DNA from: Candidatus Omnitrophota bacterium
GTDB taxonomy: Bacteria; Omnitrophota; Gorgyraeia; Gygaellales; Profunditerraquicolaceae
Assembly (NCBI GenBank): GCA_041651035.1
Contig: JBAZKC010000001.1
Coordinates: forward strand, 579,244-643,243
Direction of reading: 5' to 3'
Length of the DNA stretch: 64,000 bases
A model generated the notes under the pieces. The model worked only from the letters and a program-made list of their open reading frames with translations. It did not search any database and was not told where the DNA came from. Both the position numbers and the translations under genes were made by a program. Positions 42,001 to 54,000 of this stretch are shown in pieces. How positions within the stretch are numbered: position 1 is the first letter of the stretch; each line of letters opens with the position of its first letter.

Positions 42001-45000
42001 TTCCGCAGAGCGAACTCTCTAAACTGGTGCATACGCAGCCTGACCGCGGAGAGCATCTTATCCAGAGTGGTAATGCGTATGTGTTAGTAAAAGACTACCA
42101 AGGTAAAAGAATAGAGGTAAACGGTATTATCTTTGACGACATAAACGGCAATCCATTTTCGCATATAGGTATGCTGAAAGATATTACTAATCTGCGAAGC
42201 GGGTTAAACATAAATCCCAAGCTCTCCAGCGATAACGCAAGCAAGGATTTTAACAGGTTAATCAAGGCGGCAGCCAAGTTAGGGATGAAGGTATATGTTG
42301 ATTTTATCCCCTGGCTTTCTCCGGATGCGGTGAATGGGAGAAATTATAAATTGACCTTCTATCGTGAGCTCGAATCCGATGCTTGGGAAAAGGCAAAGCG
42401 CGAACCAGCTTTCATCACTCAATTACTGCGAGATAATAGAACATGGGCGGCAGTAAAGATTACAGAACGTGGCACTGAGCGTCTAATCTTAGTAAAATTA
42501 TGCCCATGGAATAGCGCTGACCAGGTCATGCTGAACTTCTGGCTGCCTGAAGTTCAGAATTATTTGGCTGCGGCAGCTATAAAGTTATACAAAAGAGGGG
42601 TGCGCGGCCTGCGTGCAGACCTGGCAGCATACATGCTCAATAGGAATATGCAGGATTTTGCCGGCTTAAGAGGGGATGCCGATTTAAGCGGTGAACCTTG
42701 GTCCAAGATTATCAGCAGGGTGAAGAAAAAGACCGACAATAATGACGCGATGACCTGGATCATGGAAGCTTATGAAAGAGACTATGATCATCCCGGAGTT
42801 CCCCTCCTGCTGAAACTAGGCCCTTCGGTGAAGGTATATTACAAAAACCTGCATGACGATTTCGTAAGATCCAATCCGGAATGGTTTTTTGGTTCATTGA
42901 AATTCGCATGGGAAAAGCGCGGCTATTACGTTATTTTTCCCACTATGTACGACGATATGTCTCTGGCCGGCCTGAGCGGTTCACGCGAGGGATTCCTGAT
43001 GATACTTTTGGCCATGGCTTATCTTGGCGTACCGGTGATGATTGATCTGCGCGAGTGGTCAGGGCATCATGGGCAGATGATTACTATGCCCGGAGGGATA
43101 AATCAAGATACGCGCAAAGTCTGGCATCCGGTAGTCACAGAGAAAGAGCTGGAAATGCGCAAAGATTTCGGTGGATTCCAAAAGGCGTTGGCGGAAGGTC
43201 CGGTTAACAGGTTGATTAAAAACTTCTTTAATACGGTGTCAGGTAGCAGCCATAAAGACGTAGCCATATATTGGCAGGCTAATAATATCCAGGTCTGTTT
43301 TAGGGGGCAAGAAAAGGCTGAGACTTTTACCGTGGATATGAATTTTAAGTCCACGCATATTCCTTGTGAATGGTCTATCAGCGTGTCGCCTCGGAGCAAT
43401 TGGATTAAAAAGCATGCGGGGGGATTAAACGAAAGATTGGAGGAATACGCGGTAAGTTTGAGCGGGCTGGAGGCTACGAGCAAGCTAGTAGAGGATGCGC
43501 GCAGGCTGATAGAGGAAGACCTAAGTTTATCCGAGGCAGCGAAAGAAGCAGAAAGAGAAAAATTAGAGGGAAGATTGGAGCTGTGCGGCATAGAGAACCT
43601 AATCTTATCCGAGGCGGATAAGATGGAGATTAAAACCCTCATAAATATAATTTATGATACGCTACATGCGAATAGCGCCGAGATTGAGAAAATAGCGAAA
43701 GGCGCGATACCCCCGGCAGAAGAAACAGCAATCTTAGAAAGAATACAGAAGAATATCCTGCAGTGTTTTACGAGAATAGAAGAATATATGCAGCCCGGCA
43801 AATTTAACAAAGAGGTGAGCGAAAAGGTGGCTGGGATTGTCGATGAGGCAAAGAGAGGGGTTCTTTTAGACTTAGAAAAATTAAAGACCAGCTCTCCGCT
43901 AAAAATTTTAGGCGTTCGTGAAAACGCTTACAAATCAAGGGACACCCTCCCGATTAGCAAAATGGGTGTCCCTGCTCTGGGTGGAAGGGTGTCCCTAGTT
44001 AAGGCATCTTCGCCGGTAGAGAGCGCAGATTATCGTCAGGCCGAGCCAGAAACTTCCGGGGATGCAGAGAAAGGAAATTTTTGCCATGAGCTGGAAACAA
44101 TTAGACTTTTTGGAAGTTATCGCGATGTCTCTCTGGATCAGAATTTACCGGATAGCCCAAAGGGTCCGGATGATCGTACACTCATGGATTTACTCCCTTG
44201 CGAGGGGATAGATCCTTTTACGCTCGCAGCTCTTAGGGAATATTTTCGCAAAATGCTGGCTGACCTTGCCTGGCTTGCAGATATAAAGAAAAAATACTAC
44301 AAACAAAAACCAGTAACTCTCAGCAATAGGCAATTACTTATTTTCACTCTCCTATGCAGGGCAATTATGGAGCCTTTTCTTGTGGGCCTCATAAAGAAAG
44401 AAGACATCTTGCGTAGTTGCCAGGTGCGAGAGGAGAAATTTATAAATGATCTTTCAGATTTGCTGGATTTAAGTTACGAGCGGGGGGAAACATTAACAGG
44501 ATTAGAATTGAGTAAAATCTTCGGGATCCCTTCTGGAAGGAGTGGAATCTTGATGATAGAAAGCGTGGCAAGAAGAAAAGTAGGGTTGTTTGCTTTGTTA
44601 AAGCCCGGTTTATTCTCTTCTGACTTTTTTAGCGAGATGCCTTCCAATTCTTCGACTCCGTCCAGGATTGGCCCTAAGCGAGGCCAAAGGCCGGGTCGAA
44701 CAACGGTCAGCTCGCCTTTACAGGACTCCCTGCCGGACTCCACACAGTCGCCGCTATATTTGCTCAATGCTCCTAAGCAGCCGGCAGGCTTATTGCCCGG
44801 CATTCCTAATCCGCCGGCAGGTTTACTATCCGATGTGCCCGAGGTTTTCAGGCTGGAATTTGATAAGCAGGATTTTTACCTCTTTATGCGTGAGGGCGAC
44901 CACCGCAGGGTCTATGAAAAATTAGGGGCGCACTTAGCACGGCAGAAAGGTGAGAGGGGGATATATTTTGCGGTCTGGGCGCCTAATGCCCAGGATGTAT

Positions 45001-48000
45001 CGGTAATCGGAGACTTCAATGGCTGGGATGATAATAGGCATCACATGGATAATAATGGCGGCATCTGGCACATCTTTATCCCGGGTGTGGATAAGGGCTG
45101 CCGCTACAAATACTGGATCAGAGGTCAGGACGGCTGGGGCCGGATGAAGATTGACCCCTATGCTTTCTTTAGCGAATTTCCCACCCAGGCTAATCTACAC
45201 ACTACCGCTTCTATTGTCTGGGATATTTCTTCCTTTGAATGGCAGGATCAAGATTGGATGTCTAAGAGAAAAGAAATACAGGCATTAGATAAGCCTATCT
45301 CGGTCTATGAATTGCATTTGGGATCCTGGCGCCGCCATAAGGACGGCAGCTGGCTGAATTACCGCGAACTTGCCCACGAATTAGTTGCCTACCTAAGAAA
45401 TGAGGCTGAAGACTCCGGCCTGGAATACACCCACGTAGAATTAATGCCGGTAGCAGAGCATTTTTTCTATGGTTCCTGGGGTTACCAAAACAGCAACTAC
45501 TTTGCGCCTACTTCCCGTTACGGCCGGCCAGAGGATTTTATGTATTTTGTAGACTACCTGCACCGGCATAATATTGGTGTAATTATTGACTGGGTCCCGG
45601 CGCACTTCGCCAAACTTAATGAGACAAAAGAATATGATCAGGGCTTGACTTATTTTGACGGCAGCGAACTCTATTCACACGATAATCCGCAGGAGGGCGA
45701 CCATCCGGACTGGGGAACCAGGATATTCAATTACGGCCGCCACGAAGTCAGAAGTTTTCTTATCAGCAACGCCTTGTTCTGGCTGGATAAATACCATATT
45801 GACGGCTTACGGGTGGACGCGGTTGCCTCTATGATTTACCGCGACTATAGCCGTAAACCTGGCGAATGGGTAACCAACGAAGACGGCGACAACGAAAACT
45901 GGAAGGCCATAAGGTTTCTCCAGATGTTTAACATTGCCGCATACGCAGAATATCCGGGAATTCTGACTATTGCCGAAGAGTCGACAAATTGGCCGGGGGT
46001 TTCCCGGTCTATTGACATAGAAAGGCTTGAGAAAGAGAAAAGGCTTGAGAAAGAGGGAAGGCTTGAGAAAAAGGATCGGGTAAAAGAGTTGGGTTTTTCC
46101 ATGAAGTGGGGCATGGGCTGGATGCATGATGTCCTGAAATTCTTTGCCCGAAATCCGGAGCATCGCAGCTATCACCTTGGCGAGGTTACTTTCTATCTCT
46201 TGTATGCATTTACGGAGAATTTTATCCTGGCATTATCCCACGATGAGGTAGTACACGGCAAGGGTTCTATAAAGAATAAGATGCCGCCGAAAGATGCCTG
46301 GCAGCAGTTTGCTAACATTAGACTTTTATTAGCACTGCAGTATCTCATGCCAGGCAAAAAACATGATTTTATGGGCATGGAATTTGCCGCGCATAAAGAA
46401 TGGAACCATGATGATCAGCTAGACTGGTACCTTTTGCAGTACCCGTTGCATTCTTCTCTAAAGCATTTTGTCCGCGAGTTGAATATATTTTACCGCGATA
46501 ACCCAGCATTGTATGAGATTGATTTTGATTCCCGCGGTTTTGACTGGATTGACTGCAGCGATGGAGATAATACTATAATCAGCTTTATCCGTCAGGGCTA
46601 TTGTGCCGAACAGCCCTTAGTGGGAGTTTTTAACTTTACTCCGGTGGTACGGCGCAACTACCGTATCGGCTTGCCTTTTGGAGAAACATGGAAAGAGGTT
46701 TTTAACAGTGATTCCGAAGTTTATGGCGGCAGCAACGTAGGTAATCCGGGAGTAATTCAGGCAGAAAATATCCCCATGCATCAGCGTGGCCACTCAGTAT
46801 ACCTTACCTTGCCTCCTTTGGGCATGACGGTATTAAAAAGAAGATCCAGTGAAGTGGACGCCTCCAGCTCGCCGATGCTTGGCAAGATCAGAGAAGAAGG
46901 AATCGCCGAAATGATAACAGCAGGCTTTAAGCGGCCATCTAAGTCTGGGATTAGCAGGGTAATAAGCGCGAGGGTCGTTAAGCAGTATACTTTACCTGAC
47001 AGAAAGCCCCGCCCGATTGAGCAGCTGGCCGGAGAAATAGTCCACATTGCTGCCTTGGTGGCTCCATATATCCTGCGTTTTATAGCAAATAACGGAATAG
47101 ATTTTAACCAACTTAGAGCTAATGAAGAAGCATCTATCAGAATGAGCCACCTCCTTATCAATTTCTTCCGGAATAACCCGTCATTCAATGGGGAGATTGT
47201 AATAGGAGAAAAGCAGAGATATGGTATCCCGGCTATCATGAGCTTAGGGAAAAAATTTGGCAGAGGTATAATAAGATTGCTTTTAGCCGCTGATGTTCTT
47301 GAACAATCCGGGAATCTGGTTGATACTAATGCGGGGTCTTTAACTTCGGTAATAATGATAATGGAAAAGAGAAGATTATCTGTTTGTCCGGATGACCCCT
47401 ATATGGATAAAATGGTTATCGGCAGGACCGAGCAAGAGATAGAGTTAAGATTGGATATGAGCGAAAATGAATTGATAGAAACTTTATGCTCCGGATACGG
47501 AGTTACTAAGGATAATCTGGCCTTTGCGATTTTATTTAGAGACAGGCACAAGCCCCTGATTGATAAATTGATAGAATTGGGGATTAAGGTTGAGACCAAG
47601 GATTTTATAAAAATGAGAGAAAAAGTCAAGCAGGATCGCGTTTATAAAAACGGAAACCTTTATCTTTTAGACAACGGCGATCTAATTCCGTTCATCGGCT
47701 TGCTTACCGGAAAGATACATTGTTTGTTGGGAGTAGGTAAGCCTGCCGAAGGAGAAATCCTCAGTAATTTAATAGGTATGTTAGGCGGCAAGATGTACCG
47801 TAGAGTAGCCAGCTATGAATCGTTAACAGGGGATAAATCAATTGACTTATTTTCTGACCGGCAGCGGTTTAGTCCTATAGAAAAGGCGTTTTTAAGAAGC
47901 GCGAACCTCATTGACCCGCAATTATCCCTCAGACAGGGGCAGCAATCATGGGACAGGGTTTGTAGAGAGTCAAGGCCTAAAGACGGAGTTTTTGCCGCGG

Positions 48001-51000
48001 CCTTTGTAAAAGATTGTATCTGGGATGAGCATATCAAAGGGGTAAGGATTGACAAAAAGACCGGAGAAATTAAAGTAATGGTGTTTTTAGCCGGCGCCTC
48101 AGGTGAAGCAAAGCTTGTTGAGATAACCTATGAATCCGAAATAGGGTTGTTACAAAATAAGATTAATAAGAGTGTCAAGAACGATACCCGGCAAGCCGAA
48201 CTCTTCTTTCGTCTTTCTCTGCAGTATCTCCGCTTTGGTTTGTTTGGACATGCTATCAGAGCCATTAAACAAGCGCGTAAATTTCCAGTTACCGAAGAAC
48301 TAAAAAATAAATATCAGTCTGTCTTATATGAAATCCAAGCGAACCTAAGCCTGGTCAGAACAGAAAAGAAATTTGTCATAACCAAAGCAATCCGCCATCT
48401 CAATTATACGCTAAAATTTAATCCTGTTAATCCTTTTGCCCGGAATCTGCTGCGTAAGATATATAATTCTATGGCTGATTATCAGCGCAGAGAAGGAGAT
48501 GCTACCGGTGAGGCAAAATACTTTGTTTTAGCGCGGAGAAATTACCGCAAGGCTTTAAAATATTTTCCTCCTAAAAAAGACAGATCTGAGCGAGAGAGTT
48601 TTGAATACGGCTTAGTGGAATTGCAGGTTAGGGAGATGTGGATTAAACAGAATCCGGAGGATACCCAGGGATATTTTTATAATTTAGGCCAGATCTATAT
48701 GGAAGAAGCGCAGCTATATCGGGATTCAGGCTTTAATCACAGGGCAATCACTTATTTTGGTAAAGCCATGGAGGCCTGGAGACAGGCAGGCGGATTTTCC
48801 GGGATGTTTCCTTTGACCACCAAGCTTGAGATGGCACGGTATTATGAGCATGAACTCAGATATGAAGAGGCGATGCAGGCATATCTTGATTTGTTAATCT
48901 TTGAGAGGACCTTGAGATTATATGCATCGGATCTGAAGGATGAAGAATTTGATGGAGAAACTGAAGAATCCTTCGGGAAGGGGCTTTATTTATTATATCA
49001 TAAGAAGGCCCTTGCTAAATATATTATCTGCCTGCTTTTACTGCATAATATCGAGCTAAAGGGCAAAGAGGCGGCGGAAGAGAGCTTAAATCAACTTATA
49101 AATACAAAATTGTTATTCGTCTCTAAAGGTGCCATCTGGTTTAAAAAAGACAAGAAGGCAAGAAAAAGAAAGTTGTATGATTTAAACGATGAGGCGTATC
49201 TGGCGCCGGAAAAAATCGCCTCTTTTGTTAAGGCATTTTCTCTGGATAAAATCGGCAAGAAAAGCAGCGCCAGCTCGCCGGTGGATGCCGGGAAGGCTGT
49301 TAGTGGACGTAGTATTATGATTGAGCGTTATAAAGATATCGCAAAAGAAGGGTGGGGTAAATCTGGGGTGGGAACCTTTTCCGCCCTCTATCCTAATTTT
49401 AGGAAATCTATAGCTGAAAGGATTGGCGAGGGCAAAAAGATTCTTTCTATTGGTTGCGGCTTTTGCGAACTGGAAGAGGTTTTAAGTAAAAAAAATATCG
49501 TTATAGGCTTGGATATTAGTTTTGAGATGATTAACGCAGCCCGCCTTAAGATGATTAATACAACTTGCATTGGGATGCTTAAGGCCGGCCGCTTTGAGAT
49601 GTTTAAGGCTGGCCGCGATGAATTTAGTTTACCGAATTTGTTCGTAGGCGAAGGGGGACATCTTCCTTTTCAGAACGGCAGTTTCAACGCAGTTGTATTT
49701 TCTGAGTCCCTAGGCCATATGATGTCTATGGATTCGGCCCTGGAAGAGGCAAACTATGTATTGGTGGCGGGAGGGGAGTTATTTATTACTACCTATCCAC
49801 CTACATCCAAAAATGGATTGTTTGAGCTGAGCAATAATTATTTTAGATTATACAAGGAGGGGTTGGTTGAGATTATCAAATCAAAAGGATTTACGGTCAG
49901 AGATGAAGATGTAAGAGAAGAATTTTGGTTTGCTCCAAAGGGCTCAACAATCGTTCTTAACGGAAGCACTATTTTTATCAGAGCGACCAAGAATATTGTA
50001 TCACCAAATATAAATATGGCATGCACGGTGACGGTTACAAAGCGTTTAGCAGATGGAATAGCAAGGTCCAGCTCACCGCTGAATATAAATTCGGAACCGC
50101 TGATTTACGTTCAGCTCCACTGGTACATATGGAAATTGAAAAACTCTGCTTCTTACATCGTCCGCGCGAATGCAGCTAAAATCTTAGGTAACATCGGCTT
50201 TGGTCACGAGAGAGTAATTAAGTTATTGATCAGAGCTTTATCCGATTTTTCTTCTGAAGTCCGCGCTAAGGCAGCCAGGGCCTTAGGCAGGCTTAGGGCT
50301 GCGGAAGCAGCAGATTTTCTAATTAACGCTTTGGATGATCTATTCTGGGTGGTCCGTTTAGCCGCGGTCATAGCCTTAGGCAGGTTAGGCGAGACAAAAG
50401 CAATCGAGCGCCTGCTTGAGCTTTTAGCCAATGATTCAGACCATAGAGTTTTTAAAGCTACGGACATAGTTTTAAAGAGATTAGGCGCTAGTGAAGAGCA
50501 GCTACAAGCCGGATACCTTAAAGCCTTAACCAGCCCATATCCTGATATCCGCGCGGAAGCAGCTAAAGCCTTAGGTAATCTTGGTGCTGCGGAAGCAAAA
50601 TGCCCCCTAAAAGATATTTTAGCTCATGATCCAAGCAGACGTGTCCGTAAAACTGCAGGTTTAGCCTTATTTAAAATAATCATTGTAACTAGCAGCTCGC
50701 CCGTAATTTTTAGCGAAGAAGCATACCAGGAGGCGCTTACCCGTGTTCCTCGGTTTGCGTTTGATCCGGGCAACCCCACCCTAATATTTTCATTTCTCAA
50801 GAATCCGGTTTCCGTAAAAGATGTTCGGCGCCTATTTAATTTACTGCGCATGCCAGGCCGTTTAAGAAAAGACAAGTTGCTTTTCAGAAAAACCATTATT
50901 CAGCGCCTATTTAATTTCCTGCGCGTGCCAGGTTTATTTAAAAGAATTATTTTCAAGAAGTCCGATGCAATGCTAATTTTTGTTAATAAACATTCAGATA

Positions 51001-54000
51001 TTCTACGAGTAGAAACAACTCCTTATCATTGGGGATGGGTGCCCAGAATAATAGCCATATGTTCCAGAGGGCATATTATTGAGAATACTCTTACGGGAAT
51101 GGGAAAGAAAGTGCGTAAACATGATATTATTACGTATTGCATCTCAACAAATATTAAAGCAGTCCTTGATTCCGCCTTAAAATTGCTTAAGAAAGCAAGA
51201 TCTGTAATTTTGGTAACTCATCCTTTGCATGTGTTAAGAGTAAGGGCTGCAGCCAAAAGCTGTTATAAGCGTATACATTTTATAAGTTACGATATCCCTT
51301 CTTCATTTTATCTTGATGTTTCTAAGTTGATTGGTGACCAAACACAATTACAGGATTTGTTAAGAGAGGCCGTAGAAGAACTGGAGAAGATAAAGATAGG
51401 CATAGAGAATGGGAGTATAGATGCACGACTGATAAATCCTCGTGAATTCTCTTATTTGAGTAGAATTTTTGTTCCGGTATCTTCCAGCAGCCCGATTAGC
51501 GCTGATGCTGCAGCCAAAACTCCTTCTAGTTCGCCAATTATGGCTATTCTTCAAGTACAGTGGCATATATGTAGATTGAGGAGTGATAAATTTTATGTCC
51601 GCGCACGCGCAGTCATCGCTCTAAGTAAGCTTGGCGGCAGGAGAGCGCTACGGCATTTGATCAAAGCCTTAAATGACCAATCTTGGGTCGTTCGTAAGTT
51701 CGCGTGCGCAGCTTTAGGCATATTTGGGAATCAGAGAGCGATTGGGCCTTTACAAAATGCTTTAACTGACCCAAACCAGAATGTCAGCTTAGCCGCAACT
51801 AAGGCTTTGGCAAGAATACTCTATGCCACTCTAGGTATGGCAAACGCAAGGGATTTTGTAAACCATGGAGGCATAAGGGGCTCGCCTTCCAGTCCGCAGG
51901 GGATTATCCATCGTATTATCCGTAAAATAGCCCGCATATTTTTCATCAGTCTTTTTCTCGCTTTTATCATACCTATAATGTCAGCTACATCACTCGCCCA
52001 AGAAAAAGGTTTCGCAACTCCCTACGATTACGTTTGGGAAGGTCTAACTCTCTGCGAAAAACGAAATCCTGATTATGAAACAGCGATTGGAATGTTTACC
52101 AGGGCTATTGAACTTGATCCAGCCTGTCTTGACGCATATGAGGCCCGTGGATATATCTACTTCAATCGCGGAGAATATAAAGAGGCGATAGTTGATTTTA
52201 ACAAGGTTATAGAATTTAATCCAAGGTATACTGTAGTGTATAACGACCGTGGGCGCGCTTTTTATTATCTTGAAAGATATAAAGAAGCAGCGGCTGATTT
52301 TACTACGGTTATTAAACTTAAACCAAACTCTGTTAATGCATATATCGGCCGCGGGGCCGCCTGTTATTACCTTGGTAAATATGAAGAAGCGAGAGCTGAT
52401 TTTTGTGAGGCGTTTAAACTCAACCCAAAAAATACTAATGTGCGCGAATGGATGGAGCTTGTTAATAAAAAAATTGGTGTAAAGAAACAAAGTCTTCCTT
52501 TTGACCGTTCGACTCCATCTAAAATACCTCCGTTTTGCTCTTCCAGCCCTATCGACTCCGGCTTTATAAAGGAATACGAGAACAATATAAAAGACAGGAT
52601 TATGGCAGATTTGCCTCGTTCTCTCGCTGAACATTTTGGCATAAGCGAAGAGAAGATTTCTTTAGCCATAGATGGTGTTGGAGTCAAATATTTAGGAGAA
52701 GGGATAGAAGAACGCGTAGTTTGTTACGTGGTTATTAAAGAAAGGCCATATTTCATAAAAACCGCAAGGCCCGGAGAACAGGAAGTACCCGGCTCCAATA
52801 CCCTAAAAGCCCTATACCTGCCTAATCCAAATACTGAATTCGTGATGGGCTCAGATTACAACTATTACGTGTCTGTTTATATGGGCAATGTGAACTTTAC
52901 TACAAGCCCAGCCGACAATCTCAAAGAAAGAACATTCAGGGAATCTTATGCCTATCAACTTGGCAAAATGGCGGCGGCAGCCTTTATAATAGGCTTAGCA
53001 GATAGAAACCTTGCTAACTCTGTAGCCTTTATGCGCGGCAATATAATCTGTGAGATTGTCAATGTTGATTTGACCACATCTTTTACTTATCTAGATAAGG
53101 AGCCGCTTGATGCCCTTACTGAACAGATAGCTTTATTAAAAGAGGCTATCGTAACCTTAAAAGAAAACGGTCTTGGCGAATATGTCAAGACCTTTAAGGC
53201 AGACTATCTGGCTGGATTTAAAGAACAGATATATGAAACCTGGCTCTTGTTAAATTCAGATAAGATAGGTATTGAGTTATCCCTATCAAAAGCAACTGGC
53301 AGGTGGCGGGAAGTTTTGACTCGTATTAAGACTGCTAAAGGACAGTTGCATTTATTAAGCTGGCAGATATCCGTTGCTGTTGTTTTTTCTGACCCAGCCG
53401 CATCCAGCCCATTGAATCAAACATCCAAGGATAAAATCGGCGCGGTGGTTAAAACAGTCGGCGATATTGTCAATTTCTATTATGCTAAATTTGTTGTTTG
53501 TTTGGTGGGCATAGACCTGGCAATTCAATTTTTAATTATGCGCCTGTGGGATAAACCAATACATACCGAGTGGTATTATGAGGATATCCCTACTGGAATA
53601 TTTACTGAAATTAATGGTTTTGATTTAGGCTTCCTTCCATGCTTCCATGCTTCTAATACGTTGGATATATTCTACAAACTAATAGTTTCTCTGCCGTTTA
53701 CTTTCTGTATGCTTTATTTTGCATACAACAAGATCAATGCTTATAAATCTACAAGATTAAGGCTCAGTTTATCCGCCGCCGGAATTTTAAGCAGCGCAAT
53801 TTCGCTTATAACCGGTAGTGGCATATTGGGTATATTTTATCTGCCGTTTACTTTCTGCATGTTTTATTTTATCAATGCTTCTAAATCTATAAAATTGGGG
53901 CTTAGTTTAGCAACCGCCGGCATTTTAAGCAGTGCAATTTCGCTTATAACCGGTGGTGGAAAATTGGATTACTTGGTAGTGCCTGATCGCTATGGCGTGG

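Noticed and set aside
46019-46072. The KE-rich 18-bp tandem repeat as a regulatory or CRISPR-like repeat
   Set aside because: It is in frame, has only three units, has no spacer structure, and encodes a plausible charged loop inside GlgB. It is a coding microsatellite rather than a CRISPR array.
20350-46850. Reading the enzyme domains (pfk, glgA, glgP, pgm, pgi, glgB) as an ordinary operon of separate genes
   Set aside because: I found no stop codon, frame change or intergenic gap between any of them, and the junctions are in-frame SSSP-containing linkers. Several domains also lack an initiator Met at the expected position. This stays the main alternative if a sequencing or assembly artefact has removed stops.
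52044-52634. Minus-strand ORFs from the track (this 196-aa one; also 43103..43642, 32237..32761, 6530..7015, 28025..28513, 46781..47239 and the other minus entries)
   Set aside because: All lie antisense to the continuous plus-strand frame-3 ORF. Their translations are low-complexity or Ser/Leu-rich with no recognisable motifs. These are shadow ORFs, expected by chance in a 64 kb coding region that lacks stops on the sense strand.
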